DNA of 64,000 nt from an uncultured Acetobacteraceae bacterium (GCA_964242215.1 CAXTCJ010000016.1:1922-65921); one strand, 5' to 3'; positions 46,944-57,986 are shown, counted from the first letter of the stretch. A program made the numbers and translations. Notes: a model not told the origin generated them from the letters alone.

Positions 46944-47276
46944 TCAGTCCACGATGAACATCCGCGCGCCCGCCGTGGTCCACGAGCGGTGGGGCTTGTC
47001 GCCGAAATCGGACACGGTGTAGCCCATGCCGGGCTTCATGACGAAGCTGCGCCCATCCTGCAGCTCGCTCGTCACCTCGCCCTCCAGCACGTAGACGACG
47101 TGGCCGCGGTCGCACCAGTGATCGGCCAAGTAGCCGGGTGACAATTCCACCACCCGCATCCGCACGTCGCCATTGGTCAGGGTGCGCCACAATGCCATGC
47201 CAGTTTCCCCCTTGTGCTCGGTGGCGGGCAGCGCGTCCCAGTGCACCGGCGTGTAGGGCAGTGTCGGAATTTTCAT
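46944..47276 (-). CDS. DHCW-motif cupin fold protein
   Basis: EHKGETG.A.WRT, YLADHWCDRGH, HRS, MFIVD. Confidence 0.88.
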   Translation of the reverse strand: MKIPTLPYTPVHWDALPATEHKGETGMALWRTLTNGDVRMRVVELSPGYLADHWCDRGHVVYVLEGEVTSELQDGRSFVMKPGMGYTVSDFGDKPHRSWTTAGARMFIVD

Positions 47277-47411
47277 GTTCGGGTTCCTGCTGGGCTGCTG
47301 ATCACGAGCGCATCTAATGGCCCTGGTTCAGCCTCGATGGAACCCGGGGACGCCCTGCGCTATGAACAGCACAGCATAACGCCACCCCTGACCGAACCAC
47401 GAGGCCCATCC

Positions 47412-48263
47412 ATGTCCAGAGTGACCGCCCCGCTCGCCGCCGCGACGCTGTTCCTGCTGCCACACATGGCGTCCGCCGAGGATGTGAACGTCCTGTATGC
47501 CGGGTCGCTGGTGAACCTGATGGAGCACGGCGTCGGCCCGGCGTTCGACAAGGCGACGGGGGACAGTTTCCGGGGCTTCGGTGGCGGTTCCAACGGATTG
47601 GCCAACCAGATCAAGGGCAAACTCCGCCGCGCCGACGTGTTCATCAGCGCCACCCCCTCGGTCAACAACGGCCTCATGGGTGCCAGCAACGGCGACTGGG
47701 TGAGCTGGTACGCGACCTTCGCCCAATCCCCGCTCGTGATCGGTTACAGTGCGTCCAGCCGGTTCGCCGAGGATCTGAAGACCAAGCCCTGGTACGAGGT
47801 GCTGCGCGAACCCGGCATCCGGATCGGCCGCACCGACGCCAAGCTTGATCCGAAGGGCGCGCTGACAGTGCAGCTGATGGCCAAGGCCGAACAGGTCTAC
47901 CACCAGCCCGGCCTGGCGCAGGCGGTGCTCGGCGCCCCCGACAATCCGGACCAGGTCAGGCCGGAGGAAAACCTGGTCGGGCGCCTGCAATCGGGGCAGA
48001 TCGACGTCGGCTTCTTCTATTCCACCGAGACGTCCGACATGCACATCCCCGCCATCGCGCTGCCGCCGGAGGTCGCGCTGAGCGCGGTCTACACGATCAC
48101 GGTCCTGCGCGACGCCGCAGCCCCGGACGGCGCCGCGAAGTTCGTCGACTTCCTGCTCGGACCCCAGGGCCAAGCCGTCATGAAGGAGCACGGGCTCGCC
48201 ACGCTCACCCCGGCGGTCACCGGCAATGCGGCGGATATCCCGGCGGCGATCCACCTCAAGTAG
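47412..48263 (+). CDS. modA: Molybdate/tungstate ABC substrate-binding protein
   Basis: Signal peptide, VLYAGSL, GGS..LA, ADVFISA, GRTD..LDPKG (WtpA-like). Followed by ModBC. Confidence 0.82.
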   Translation: MSRVTAPLAAATLFLLPHMASAEDVNVLYAGSLVNLMEHGVGPAFDKATGDSFRGFGGGSNGLANQIKGKLRRADVFISATPSVNNGLMGASNGDWVSWYATFAQSPLVIGYSASSRFAEDLKTKPWYEVLREPGIRIGRTDAKLDPKGALTVQLMAKAEQVYHQPGLAQAVLGAPDNPDQVRPEENLVGRLQSGQIDVGFFYSTETSDMHIPAIALPPEVALSAVYTITVLRDAAAPDGAAKFVDFLLGPQGQAVMKEHGLATLTPAVTGNAADIPAAIHLK

Positions 48264-48283
48264 CCTGACGAGACCGTAGTCGC

Positions 48284-50101
48284 GTGAGGGCGCCGCGGGC
48301 GCTGCTCCCGCTCGCCGGGCTGCTGACGGTGTTTCTCGTGGCACCGTTCGTGGCGGGCTTGGGTCAGATCGGCCTGGCGGATTGGGCCGATGTGGACTGG
48401 GCTGGCCTGGGCCAGGCCGGGTTCGTGTCGGTCGCCAGCGCCACGCTCGCGACCGGGCTGGTCGCGGTGCTCGGCATCCCGTTGGGCTACGTCTTGGCGA
48501 GGGTGCCCGGCCGGCTCATCGCCCTGCTCGGGTTCGCCGTGCAGCTGCCACTCGCGCTGCCGCCGCTGGCCAGCGGGATCCTGCTGCTGTTCCTGTTCGG
48601 CTACACCAGCCCCCTGGGCCGCCTGACGCGGGGAGCGCTGACCGACTCGTTCGCCGGCATTGTCCTGGCGGAAGCCTTCGTCGCCGCGCCATTCCTGATC
48701 ATCGCCGCCCGATCCGCCTTCTCCGGTGTCGACCCGGTGCTCGAAGACGTGGCCGCCACGCTGGGCCACCGTCCCGCCGCGGTCTTCGGGCGCGTCAGCC
48801 TGGCGCTCGCCGCAAGGGGGATCTGGGCCGGGCTGTTGCTGACCTGGTTGCGCGCCTTCGGAGAGTTCGGCGCAACGGTGATGGTCGCCTACCATCCCTA
48901 TTCGTTGCCCGTTTACACCTACGTGGCTTTCGGCAGCCAAGGGCTCCCCGCCATGTTGCCGATCCTGCTGCCGACGCTGGTGATCGCGGCGGGGGTGATG
49001 GCGGCCAGCCTATTGCCCGGTCACCGGCCACGCAGCCGGCCCAGACAGGCGGCGTTGCCCTCGATTCTCCCCACGGCGCAACCGGCCCGCCTCGCGCCAG
49101 GCAAGCCGTTGGACTTCGCGTTCCGCCGGAGCCGGGAGGGGTTCGTCCTCGATGTGGCGTGGCGCACGGACGCCAGGCGGCTCTGCATCCTCGGCGCGTC
49201 CGGCTCGGGCAAGTCGGCGACGCTGCGCCTGATCGCCGGGCTGGACCAGGCGGACCACGCCGCCGTCTCGCTGGGCGGCCGCGACCTGGCCGGATTGCCG
49301 CCCTACGCCCGCTCCGTCGCCTACGTGCCGCAGGATTACGGGCTGCTGCCGAACCTCAACGTCGAGCGCCAGGTCCGTTTCGGCGTCACAGCCGACGCGG
49401 CACTCGCGCTGCAATGGACCCATCGCCTGGGGCTAGCAGGGCTGGAGCACCGGCTGCCTGCCGAGCTGTCATTGGGGCAGCGGCAACGCGTGGCAGTAGC
49501 ACGGGCGCTGTCGTGCAAAGGCGTGCTGCTGCTGTTGGACGAGCCGTTTTCCGCCCTGGACGCGCCGCTGCGGACGCGCCTGCGCGAGGAGATGCTGGCG
49601 CTGCAGGGAGAACTGGACGCCACCACGGTCCTTGTCACGCACGACCCCGAGGAGGCGTTCCTGTTGGCCGACGAGTTGCTGCTGCTCGAGGACGGTCGTG
49701 TGCTGCAATCGGGCCCGGTCGAAGCGGTGTTCGCCCGCCCGGTCAGCGAGGCGGCCGCGCGCCTGCTCGGGGCGGACAATATCGGCGCCGGCCAGGCCGC
49801 GGCGCCGGACCGCATCGACGTGGGGGACGTGTCCTTCGCCGTTGCCGGGCCGAGCCTCGCCCCGGGTCCCGTCGGCTTTGCCATCCGTCCCTCGGGTCTG
49901 CGCGTGGGTGCCGGCCACGGTCTCCCGGCGACCTTGTTGCGGGTCGGTCCGGTCCGGGCAGGCCGCCGCCGGCTGAGCGTCGAACTCGGGACCGCGGTCC
50001 TGGTGGCCGAGGCAAGTCCTGGATTCATCGGCGTTCCGGGCCCTTGCCGCGTGACCGTAGACCCGGCCGCCGTGCAAGTCTGGCACTCGACTTGCGGTTG
50101 A
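48284..50101 (+). CDS. Fused molybdate/tungstate-type ABC permease + ATPase (ModB-ModC)
   Basis: LPLALPP..SG, EDVAATLG, RAFGEFGAT, then GASGSGKS, LSLGQRQRVA.ARAL, LDEPFSALD, VTHD in one uninterrupted frame. Confidence 0.88.
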   Translation: MRAPRALLPLAGLLTVFLVAPFVAGLGQIGLADWADVDWAGLGQAGFVSVASATLATGLVAVLGIPLGYVLARVPGRLIALLGFAVQLPLALPPLASGILLLFLFGYTSPLGRLTRGALTDSFAGIVLAEAFVAAPFLIIAARSAFSGVDPVLEDVAATLGHRPAAVFGRVSLALAARGIWAGLLLTWLRAFGEFGATVMVAYHPYSLPVYTYVAFGSQGLPAMLPILLPTLVIAAGVMAASLLPGHRPRSRPRQAALPSILPTAQPARLAPGKPLDFAFRRSREGFVLDVAWRTDARRLCILGASGSGKSATLRLIAGLDQADHAAVSLGGRDLAGLPPYARSVAYVPQDYGLLPNLNVERQVRFGVTADAALALQWTHRLGLAGLEHRLPAELSLGQRQRVAVARALSCKGVLLLLDEPFSALDAPLRTRLREEMLALQGELDATTVLVTHDPEEAFLLADELLLLEDGRVLQSGPVEAVFARPVSEAAARLLGADNIGAGQAAAPDRIDVGDVSFAVAGPSLAPGPVGFAIRPSGLRVGAGHGLPATLLRVGPVRAGRRRLSVELGTAVLVAEASPGFIGVPGPCRVTVDPAAVQVWHSTCG

Positions 50102-50175
50102 AGCTGCCGCTCATGCAGCAATCTGGGTGCAACCACAACGAGGAGGCAAGACGCCTACGCCCTAGCGTTCTCGGT

Positions 50176-50290
50176 CCCCTCCCCTTGAGGGAGGGGTGGT
50201 CGCGGCACAAAGCGAGCTTCGAGTCCGACGTCCAGCGCCGGTGCGTACGCCACTCCTCCCCCCGGCCCCCTCCCTCAAGGGGAGAAGGAG
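50176..50290. repeat. Inverted pair of CCCTCCC...GGGAGGG palindromic elements (REP/RIME-like)
   Basis: CTCCCCTTGAGGGAGGGG (50179-50196) is the exact reverse complement of CCCCTCCCTCAAGGGGAG (50267-50284). Confidence 0.75.
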
Positions 50291-50361
50291 AAGTGTCTTC
50301 CCCGGCGAAGGGAACCGAACGCAAGTCCGGGCCTTCTGCAGCCAACCATCAGGAAAATCGC

Positions 50362-51221
50362 ATGTCTCAATCAGCCGCTCCGGTATGGTTCATCACCGGC
50401 TGTTCGACCGGCTTCGGCCGTGAACTCGCTCGCCTTGTGCTCGAGCGCGGGTGGCGCGCCGTGGTGACGGCCCGCAATCCCGACCAGGTGGAAGACCTCG
50501 TGCAGGGCCATGAGGACAGCGCGATTGCCCTCAAGCTGGACGTCACCGACGAGGGTCAGGTCACCGAGGCAGCCAAGGCGGCGATGGACCGGTTCGGCCA
50601 GATCGACGTGCTGGTGAACAATGCCGGCTACGGCTATCTCGCTGCAATCGAGGAAGGCGAGGACCGTGAGGTGCGCGCCATGTTCGAGGCCAACTTCTTC
50701 GGCCTGGCCGCGATGACCCGGGCCGTGCTTCCCGGCATGCGCGCGCGCCACAGCGGCTGCATCGTGAACATCTCGTCCATCGGCGGGCTCGCGAGCTTCC
50801 CCGCCACGGGCTATTACCACGCCACCAAATATGCCGTGGAAGGCCTGTCCGAATCACTGGCGCAGGAAGTCGGCCCGCTCGGCATCAAGGTCGTCATCGT
50901 GGAGCCGGGGCCGTTCCGCACCAATTGGGCCGGCCCGTCCATCAAGCAATCCGCCACCCGCATTGCCGACTACGAGGCTACCGCCGGCGTGCGCCGCGCG
51001 CAGACCGAGGCGCGCAGCGGCAAGCAGCCCGGCGACCCGGTGCGTGCCGCCGAGGCCATCATCGCCGCCGTGCAGTCCCCCGAGCCGCCGCTGCACTTGG
51101 TGCTCGGCAAGCCCGCATTGGACATCGCCCGCAACAAGCTCGCCGCCCTGAAAAAAGATTTCGACACCTGGGAGGCGACAACGCTGGGCGCCGATTTCCC
51201 CGCAGATGGAGCATCGTTCTG

Positions 51222-51222
<1 letters not shown>
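50362..51222 (+). CDS. Short-chain dehydrogenase/reductase
   Basis: [22 protein letters not shown] (YxxxK), [15 protein letters not shown]. Confidence 0.92.
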
Positions 51223-52208
<986 letters not shown>

Positions 52209-52216
52209 GAGACACC

Positions 52217-53212
52217 ATGCAATACACGAATTTCGGCAAGACCGGCCTGCAGGTCTCGAAGCTGTGCCTGGGCACGATGACCTTCGGCCTGCAATGCGAC
52301 GAGGCGCAGAGCCACGCCATCCTGGACGCCGCGTCGGCGGGCGGTATCGACTTCCTGGACGCCGCCGACGTCTATCCGCTCGGCGGCGGCCACAACACGG
52401 CAGGCCGCACCGAGGAGATCGTCGGCGGATGGCTGCGCGGCAAGCGGCACCAACACGTGTTGGCCACCAAATGCGTCGGCGCTATGGGGCCGAAGCCGTG
52501 GGACCAGGGCATGTCGCGCAAGCACATCCTGGACGCGATCGACGCGTCGCTGCGGCGGCTCGGCACCGATTACGTCGACCTGTATCAACTGCACAGCTAC
52601 GACCCGCGCACCCCGATCGACGAGGCGTTGGAGGCATTGGACACCGTCGTTCGCCACGGCAAGGCGCGGTACGTCGGCGTGTCCAACTGGCCGGCCTACA
52701 AGGTGGCGCGCGCGATCGGCCGCAGCGAACTGCGCAACCTGATGCAGATCAAGTCGGTCCAGCCGCGCTACAACCTGCTGTTCCGCAGCTTCGAACGCGA
52801 CCTGTTGCCGCTCTGCGCGGAGGAGGGCGTGGCCGTCATTCCATACAATCCGTTGGCGGGCGGGATGCTGACCGGCAAGCACGACAACACGGCCGCACCG
52901 CCGGAGGGTTCGCGCTTCCAACTCGGCACCGCGGGCGCGCGCTATCAGCAGCGCTACTGGCACGGTCAGCAATTCGAGACCATCGAGGCATTGCGCAAGA
53001 TCGCGGCCGAGGCGTCGATGAGCATGGCAACCATGGCGATCCGTTGGGTCCTGTCTAACCCGGCGATCACGGCCCCCATCATCGGCGCCAGTCGGCCGGA
53101 GCAGTTGACCGACACACTGGCGGCCGCCGAGCACGGGCCGCTCCCGAGTGAGCTGAAGGCCAAACTGGACGATGTCACGCTGGCGTGGCGCGCGGTCGAC
53201 GAGGACCGGTAA
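52217..53212 (+). CDS. Aldo/keto reductase (YajO/Tas-like)
   Basis: LCLGTMTFG, DAADVY, ATK, DLYQLH, QPRYN, YNPLAGG. Confidence 0.93.
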   Translation: MQYTNFGKTGLQVSKLCLGTMTFGLQCDEAQSHAILDAASAGGIDFLDAADVYPLGGGHNTAGRTEEIVGGWLRGKRHQHVLATKCVGAMGPKPWDQGMSRKHILDAIDASLRRLGTDYVDLYQLHSYDPRTPIDEALEALDTVVRHGKARYVGVSNWPAYKVARAIGRSELRNLMQIKSVQPRYNLLFRSFERDLLPLCAEEGVAVIPYNPLAGGMLTGKHDNTAAPPEGSRFQLGTAGARYQQRYWHGQQFETIEALRKIAAEASMSMATMAIRWVLSNPAITAPIIGASRPEQLTDTLAAAEHGPLPSELKAKLDDVTLAWRAVDEDR

Positions 53213-53217
53213 TCCGA

Positions 53218-53700
53218 ATGATGGCCGGTTCTGGCAAAATGCAAAGCTACGTCGACCTCGTTGAGCAGCTCACCGCGCTGCTCGACGGCGAGCACGACGC
53301 CATCGCCAATGCCGCCAACACCGCGGCTCTGCTGATGCAGAGCCTGCCGGAGCTGAACTGGGCGGGGTTCTACTTCCTGCGTGCGCGGGATGAACTCGTG
53401 CTCGGGCCGTTTCAAGGCAAGCCGGCCTGCGTTCGCATTCCCGCCGGCCAGGGCGTGTGCGGGGCAGCCGTGGCACGCCGCCAGTCCGTGCTGGTGGCCG
53501 ACGTCCACGCCTTCCCTGGCCATATCGCCTGCGATGCCGCGTCTCGCTCCGAACTCGTCGTGCCGCTGGTCCGGGACGGCGTCGTGGAGGGGGTGATCGA
53601 CTTGGATAGCCCGGCGCTGGGCCGGTTCGACGCCGACGACCAGGCCGGCATCGAGGCCGTGGCCCGAGCCTACGTTGCCGCCACCGCAAACGCGGTTTGA
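53218..53700 (+). CDS. msrC: GAF-domain free methionine-R-sulfoxide reductase
   Basis: LNWAGFY, GPFQGKPAC, GVCG, HIACD..SRSELVVP, DLDSP. Start among ATGs 53218, 53221 and 53239. Confidence 0.88.
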   Translation: MMAGSGKMQSYVDLVEQLTALLDGEHDAIANAANTAALLMQSLPELNWAGFYFLRARDELVLGPFQGKPACVRIPAGQGVCGAAVARRQSVLVADVHAFPGHIACDAASRSELVVPLVRDGVVEGVIDLDSPALGRFDADDQAGIEAVARAYVAATANAV

Positions 53701-53781
53701 CCAGGCCGGGTACGGTGGCCCCTTTTACCGGGCCGCCATCGCTGCGATTGTAGCAGCCGCATTTAGCCGAGCGGTCCAGCC

Positions 53782-54954
53782 ATGCCCATGACTCTCTCTG
53801 CCCAACACATCCTGCCCGACGACGGCACCGCTGGCGCGCTTGCCGGGCGCGTCTGGCGTCCCGAGTTGAACAAGCCCTCGGTCGTGGCGATCCGGCCGGA
53901 GGGGGTGATAGACCTCTCGCGCAGCTTCCCCACCATGGCCGACCTCACCGAGACGCCCGACCCGGCCGCTGCCCTGCGCGCGGCGAGCGGCGAGACGCTC
54001 GGCCCCCTCGACCCGATCCTTGCCAACACCCTGCCCGGAAGCCGCGACGCCACTCGGCCCTGGCTGCTCGCCCCCGTCGACCTGCACGTGCTGAAGGCGG
54101 CTGGCGTCACCTTCCCCGTATCCATGCTGGAACGCGTGATCGAGGAGCGCGCCCGTGGTGATGCCAACGCAGCCGCTACGATCCGCGCCGAATTGGGCGA
54201 ATTGGTGGGCGGCAGCCTGCAGCAGCTCAAGCCCGGTTCGGCGGAAGCGATGAAGGTCAAGGAGGCACTGGTGCGGCAGGGGCTGTGGAGCCAGTATCTC
54301 GAGGTCGGCATCGGCCCCGATGCGGAGATCTTCACCAAGGCGCCGGTGCTCGCCGCCGTCGGCACGGGCATGGATGCCGGGCTGCACCCGATCTCGTCCT
54401 GGAACAACCCGGAGCCGGAGGCGGTGCTGGTAGTCAGTTCCACCGGCGCCATCGTGGGGGCCACGCTCGGCAACGACGTGAATTTACGCGACGTGGAGGG
54501 GCGCTCGGCGCTGCTGCTGAGCAAGGCCAAGGACAACAACGCCTCGTGCGCGCTCGGGCCGTTCCTCCGCTTCTTCGACGCCGGGTTCACGCTGGACGAT
54601 GTGCGCGCGATGGAGGTGTCGTTGCTGGTGGAGGGCCCAGACGGGTTTGAGATGCGCGGCGCGTCCTCCCTGCGTCTGATCAGCCGCGACCCGGCGGATC
54701 TCGCGGCGCAGATGCTCAACGCCAACCACCAGTACCCGGACGGCGCGGTGCTGTTCCTCGGCACCGTGTTCGCTCCGATCCAGGACCGGCACGGCGCCGG
54801 CAAGGGTTTCACGCACGAGATCGGCGATGTCGTCACCGTCGGCACGCCGTTGCTCGGCCGGTTGATCAACACGATGCGCCATAGTGCCGACTGCGAGCCG
54901 TGGCGCTTCGGCGTGCGCGCGCTGATGCAGAGCGTCGCCCGGCACGCAGGCTAA
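53782..54954 (+). CDS. FAH-family protein, XylX-like 2-keto-3-deoxy-pentonate dehydratase
   Basis: KAAGVTF..SMLERVIEE, WSQYLEVGIGPDAEIFTK, WNNPEPE, GNDVNLRD.EGRSALLL.KAKD, HQYPDG. Confidence 0.85.
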   Translation: MPMTLSAQHILPDDGTAGALAGRVWRPELNKPSVVAIRPEGVIDLSRSFPTMADLTETPDPAAALRAASGETLGPLDPILANTLPGSRDATRPWLLAPVDLHVLKAAGVTFPVSMLERVIEERARGDANAAATIRAELGELVGGSLQQLKPGSAEAMKVKEALVRQGLWSQYLEVGIGPDAEIFTKAPVLAAVGTGMDAGLHPISSWNNPEPEAVLVVSSTGAIVGATLGNDVNLRDVEGRSALLLSKAKDNNASCALGPFLRFFDAGFTLDDVRAMEVSLLVEGPDGFEMRGASSLRLISRDPADLAAQMLNANHQYPDGAVLFLGTVFAPIQDRHGAGKGFTHEIGDVVTVGTPLLGRLINTMRHSADCEPWRFGVRALMQSVARHAG

Positions 54955-54959
54955 GTAGG

Positions 54960-56405
54960 ATGTTCCTCGGCCTGGATTTCGGCACCTCCGCCGTCAAGGC
55001 GCTGCTGGTCGATGGCAACCAGCACACCATCGGCAGCGCGAGCGTATCACTGACCGTGAGTCGCCCCGCCCCCGGCCACAGCGAACAGGCGCCCGAAGCC
55101 TGGTGGGAGGCGATGTGCGGCGCCATCACCCTGCTGCAGCGCGATCACCCGGCGGAGTTGGCGGCGGTGCGCGGCATCGGCCTGTCCGGCCAGATGCACG
55201 GCGCGGTGCTGCTGGACGCGGCCGGCGCGGTGCTGCGGCCGGCCATCCTTTGGAACGACGTCCGATCCGAAGCGGAATGCGCGGAGCTGGAGGCAGCAAT
55301 GCCGACCCTGCGCACCGTCGCCGGCAACATCGCCTTCCCGGGCTTTACCGCACCGAAGCTGCTGTGGGTGCGAAAGCACGAACCAGAGATTTTCGCCAAG
55401 GTTCACACCGTACTGCTGCCGAAGGCCTGGATCCGCTACCGGATGACCGGCGAGCTGATAGAGGAAATGTCCGACGCGTCCGGCACGCTGTGGCTCGATG
55501 TGGGCGCGCGGGACTGGTCGGATGCGGCGTTGGACGCCACCGGGCTCACCAGGCGCGCCATGCCGCGCCTGGTGGAGGGCAGCGACCCCGCCGGCACGCT
55601 GCACCCGGCGCTGGCGGCACGCTGGGGCATGACGGGCCGTCCAGTGCTGGCTGGCGGCGCCGGGGACAACGCGGCCGGTGCCGTTGGCTTGGGTGCGATC
55701 CGGGCCGGCGACGCCTTCATCTCGCTCGGCACCTCGGGCGTGCTGTTTGCGACGACGGACCGCTTCCGTCCCTTCCCCGGCGCCGCCGTGCACGCCTTCT
55801 GCCACGCCGTACCGGGCACCTGGCACCAGATGGGCGTCACGCTGTCCGCCGCGGCGTCACTCGCGTGGTGGGCGGGCATCACCGGGTCGAGCGAGACTGC
55901 GTTGCTGGCCGAACTCGGCATGCCACGGGCGCCGAGCCCCGCCACCTTCCTGCCCTATCTCGGCGGCGAGCGGACGCCGCACAACGATGGCAGCCTGCGT
56001 GCCTCGTTCAGCGGGCTGTCGCACGACACCGGCCGGGCCGCGCTGACGCAAGCGGTGCTGGAAGGCGTGGCGTTCTCGCTACGGGACTGCCTGGATGCGT
56101 TGGCCGAATCTGGCACCGTCATCACGGCGGCCGACGTGATCGGCGGCGGCTCGCGGTCCGAAACGTGGGTCGCGATCCTGGCCTCCGTGCTCGGCATCCC
56201 GTTGCACCGGCTCGTGGGTGGCGAGCAGGGCGGCGCTTTCGGGGCGGCCCGGCTGGCCCGGCTCGCCGTGACGGGCGAGGCGCCGGAGGTTGTCTGCACC
56301 CCGCCGGCGCGGGAGGCGGCCGTGCAGCCCGACCCGGCGCTGGCCGAAGCCTACGCGGCACGATTGCCCGAGTATCGGCGGTTGGCAGCTGCGCTGAGGG
56401 GATGA
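54960..56405 (+). CDS. xylB: Xylulokinase
   Basis: LGLDFGTSAVK, GLSGQMHG, ILWND.RS, GFTAPK, SDASGT, GAGDNAA, SLGTSG, HAFCHA, GERTPHND. Confidence 0.93.
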   Translation: MFLGLDFGTSAVKALLVDGNQHTIGSASVSLTVSRPAPGHSEQAPEAWWEAMCGAITLLQRDHPAELAAVRGIGLSGQMHGAVLLDAAGAVLRPAILWNDVRSEAECAELEAAMPTLRTVAGNIAFPGFTAPKLLWVRKHEPEIFAKVHTVLLPKAWIRYRMTGELIEEMSDASGTLWLDVGARDWSDAALDATGLTRRAMPRLVEGSDPAGTLHPALAARWGMTGRPVLAGGAGDNAAGAVGLGAIRAGDAFISLGTSGVLFATTDRFRPFPGAAVHAFCHAVPGTWHQMGVTLSAAASLAWWAGITGSSETALLAELGMPRAPSPATFLPYLGGERTPHNDGSLRASFSGLSHDTGRAALTQAVLEGVAFSLRDCLDALAESGTVITAADVIGGGSRSETWVAILASVLGIPLHRLVGGEQGGAFGAARLARLAVTGEAPEVVCTPPAREAAVQPDPALAEAYAARLPEYRRLAAALRG

Positions 56406-56478
56406 ATTCCGCTCGCAGGATCGGACTGCTACGATCACCCCGCGCGGCTCGTGTCGGCCGTGACGAAGGGATCGTTTG

Positions 56479-56634
56479 ATGGTGCGTTACGCCGTGCTCG
56501 CGCTCGTTTTGACCCTGTCCGCCTGCGGAAGCGGCTTCGGGACTCCTGCAACCACGCGTCCAAGCAGCGACCGCCGGCCCGAGACGATGCCGTCGAACTC
56601 CGAGCCCGCCGAGTTCCACGGCATGCCCCCGTAG
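56479..56634 (+). CDS. Small lipoprotein (51 aa), not in ORF track
   Basis: Manually translated MVRYAVLALVLTLSACGSGFGTPATTRPSSDRRPETMPSNSEPAEFHGMPP*. Lipobox LSAC, GAAGGGA 7 nt upstream, fills the intergenic gap. Confidence 0.7.
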   Translation: MVRYAVLALVLTLSACGSGFGTPATTRPSSDRRPETMPSNSEPAEFHGMPP

Positions 56635-56641
56635 GACGCTC

Positions 56642-57781
56642 CTACTCCGGTTCGACCGTCCCGATCACAGCGACCTTGCCACCCCGTACGCCCAGAAGCT
56701 GCATCGGCGTATGCGGGTGGTTGTGGTCGTCCATCTTGTAGGTACCGCCCAGCAGCGACGGCATCGACGACGTCACGAGCGCCGCCTGGATGTCGGCCGG
56801 CTTGTCGGAGCCGGCCCGGCGAATAGCGTCCACCACCAGCAGCGTCGCCTCGTAGGCGAAGAACGACCGCTGCGTCGGCATGATGCCATACCGCTCGCGA
56901 TACGCCGTGACGAAGCCTTTCACGCCCGGCGTTTCGTCCATCGGGGTGAACACAACGATGCTCGTCACACCGTCCAGCCCGCCCTTCGCGACGAAGTCCG
57001 GCGTAACCGCGGCAATCGCGGCGGGCAGGTCGATGCGGCCGTCGACGGGCGTGGCTCCTCCCGCCTGCTCGTAGGCGCGGAAGAATGCGGCGGTCGACGG
57101 CCCGAGCACTGGGACGAGATGGTCCGCACCCTGCCCCGTCAGCGTGGCCAACATGGGCGCGAGATCGGTTGTGCCCTTGGGGATGACCTCGTTCGCGACC
57201 GTGGCCAGCCCGGCCTCCTGCGCGGCCTTGGCGAACATGGTGGCGTTGACCCGGTTCAGCGGCGCATCGTCGGCTACGATGGCGAGCTTCTTGGCGCCCT
57301 TGCCCTTCATCCAACCGACCATGCCGCGCGCGATATCCAGGTTCGACGGGATCGTCTTGAAAAGATAAGGGTTGCCCCCGACCCCGGATGCATCCACGAA
57401 ATCCTGGCCGCCGGAGATGTCGACCACCAGCGGGATTTTTGCCGCCTGCGCGATCGGGATGATCGCATGGGTGACCGGCGTCGCGATCGCGCCCAGTAGC
57501 ACCGGCACGTGCACCTCGTCGATCAACCTGTGGACGGCCGCCTCGCCAACGGCCGGCTTTGCCGAATTGTCGCCGTAGAAGGCTTCGACCGGCCGGCCGA
57601 GTACCCCGCCGGCCTGGTTCACCCCCGACAGCGCGAGTTCGACACCGTACTGCTCGCTTTGACCCTTATCGGCCGTGGGACCGCTGAGGATGGTGGTGAC
57701 CCCGATACGGACCGGATCGGCGGCGAGCGCCGGGCCTGCGCCCAGCAGCGACGCGGCGAAAATAGCAGGAACGAGCTTCAT
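56642..57781 (-). CDS. Orphan LivK/PBP1-type ABC substrate-binding protein
   Basis: Signal peptide, VRIG...LSG..A..G, N.AGGVLGR.VE. GGAG RBS. Confidence 0.88.
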   Translation of the reverse strand: MKLVPAIFAASLLGAGPALAADPVRIGVTTILSGPTADKGQSEQYGVELALSGVNQAGGVLGRPVEAFYGDNSAKPAVGEAAVHRLIDEVHVPVLLGAIATPVTHAIIPIAQAAKIPLVVDISGGQDFVDASGVGGNPYLFKTIPSNLDIARGMVGWMKGKGAKKLAIVADDAPLNRVNATMFAKAAQEAGLATVANEVIPKGTTDLAPMLATLTGQGADHLVPVLGPSTAAFFRAYEQAGGATPVDGRIDLPAAIAAVTPDFVAKGGLDGVTSIVVFTPMDETPGVKGFVTAYRERYGIMPTQRSFFAYEATLLVVDAIRRAGSDKPADIQAALVTSSMPSLLGGTYKMDDHNHPHTPMQLLGVRGGKVAVIGTVEPE

Positions 57782-57915
57782 GGGCGTTCTCCCGTCGGAC
57801 ACCGAGCGGCCGCTAGCGATGGGGCTGCAGGTGGCGGAGAGCCTAGCTGCCGCCGGCCATTCACGCCAGCCAGCGCGATATGATGCGATCGGCCGCGACT
57901 GTCCGGTCGACATGG

Positions 57916-57945
57916 AAAACGGGCGGTAGATCGCTCTACCGCCCG
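57916..57945 (-). terminator. Rho-independent terminator of the porin gene
   Basis: Perfect 11-bp stem CGGGCGGTAGA/TCTACCGCCCG, 4-nt loop, followed by TTTT on the minus strand, about 40 nt after the porin stop. Confidence 0.75.
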
Positions 57946-57986
57946 CTCCATTTGCAGGCCGGCCAATCAAAGCCGGGTCGAGACGC

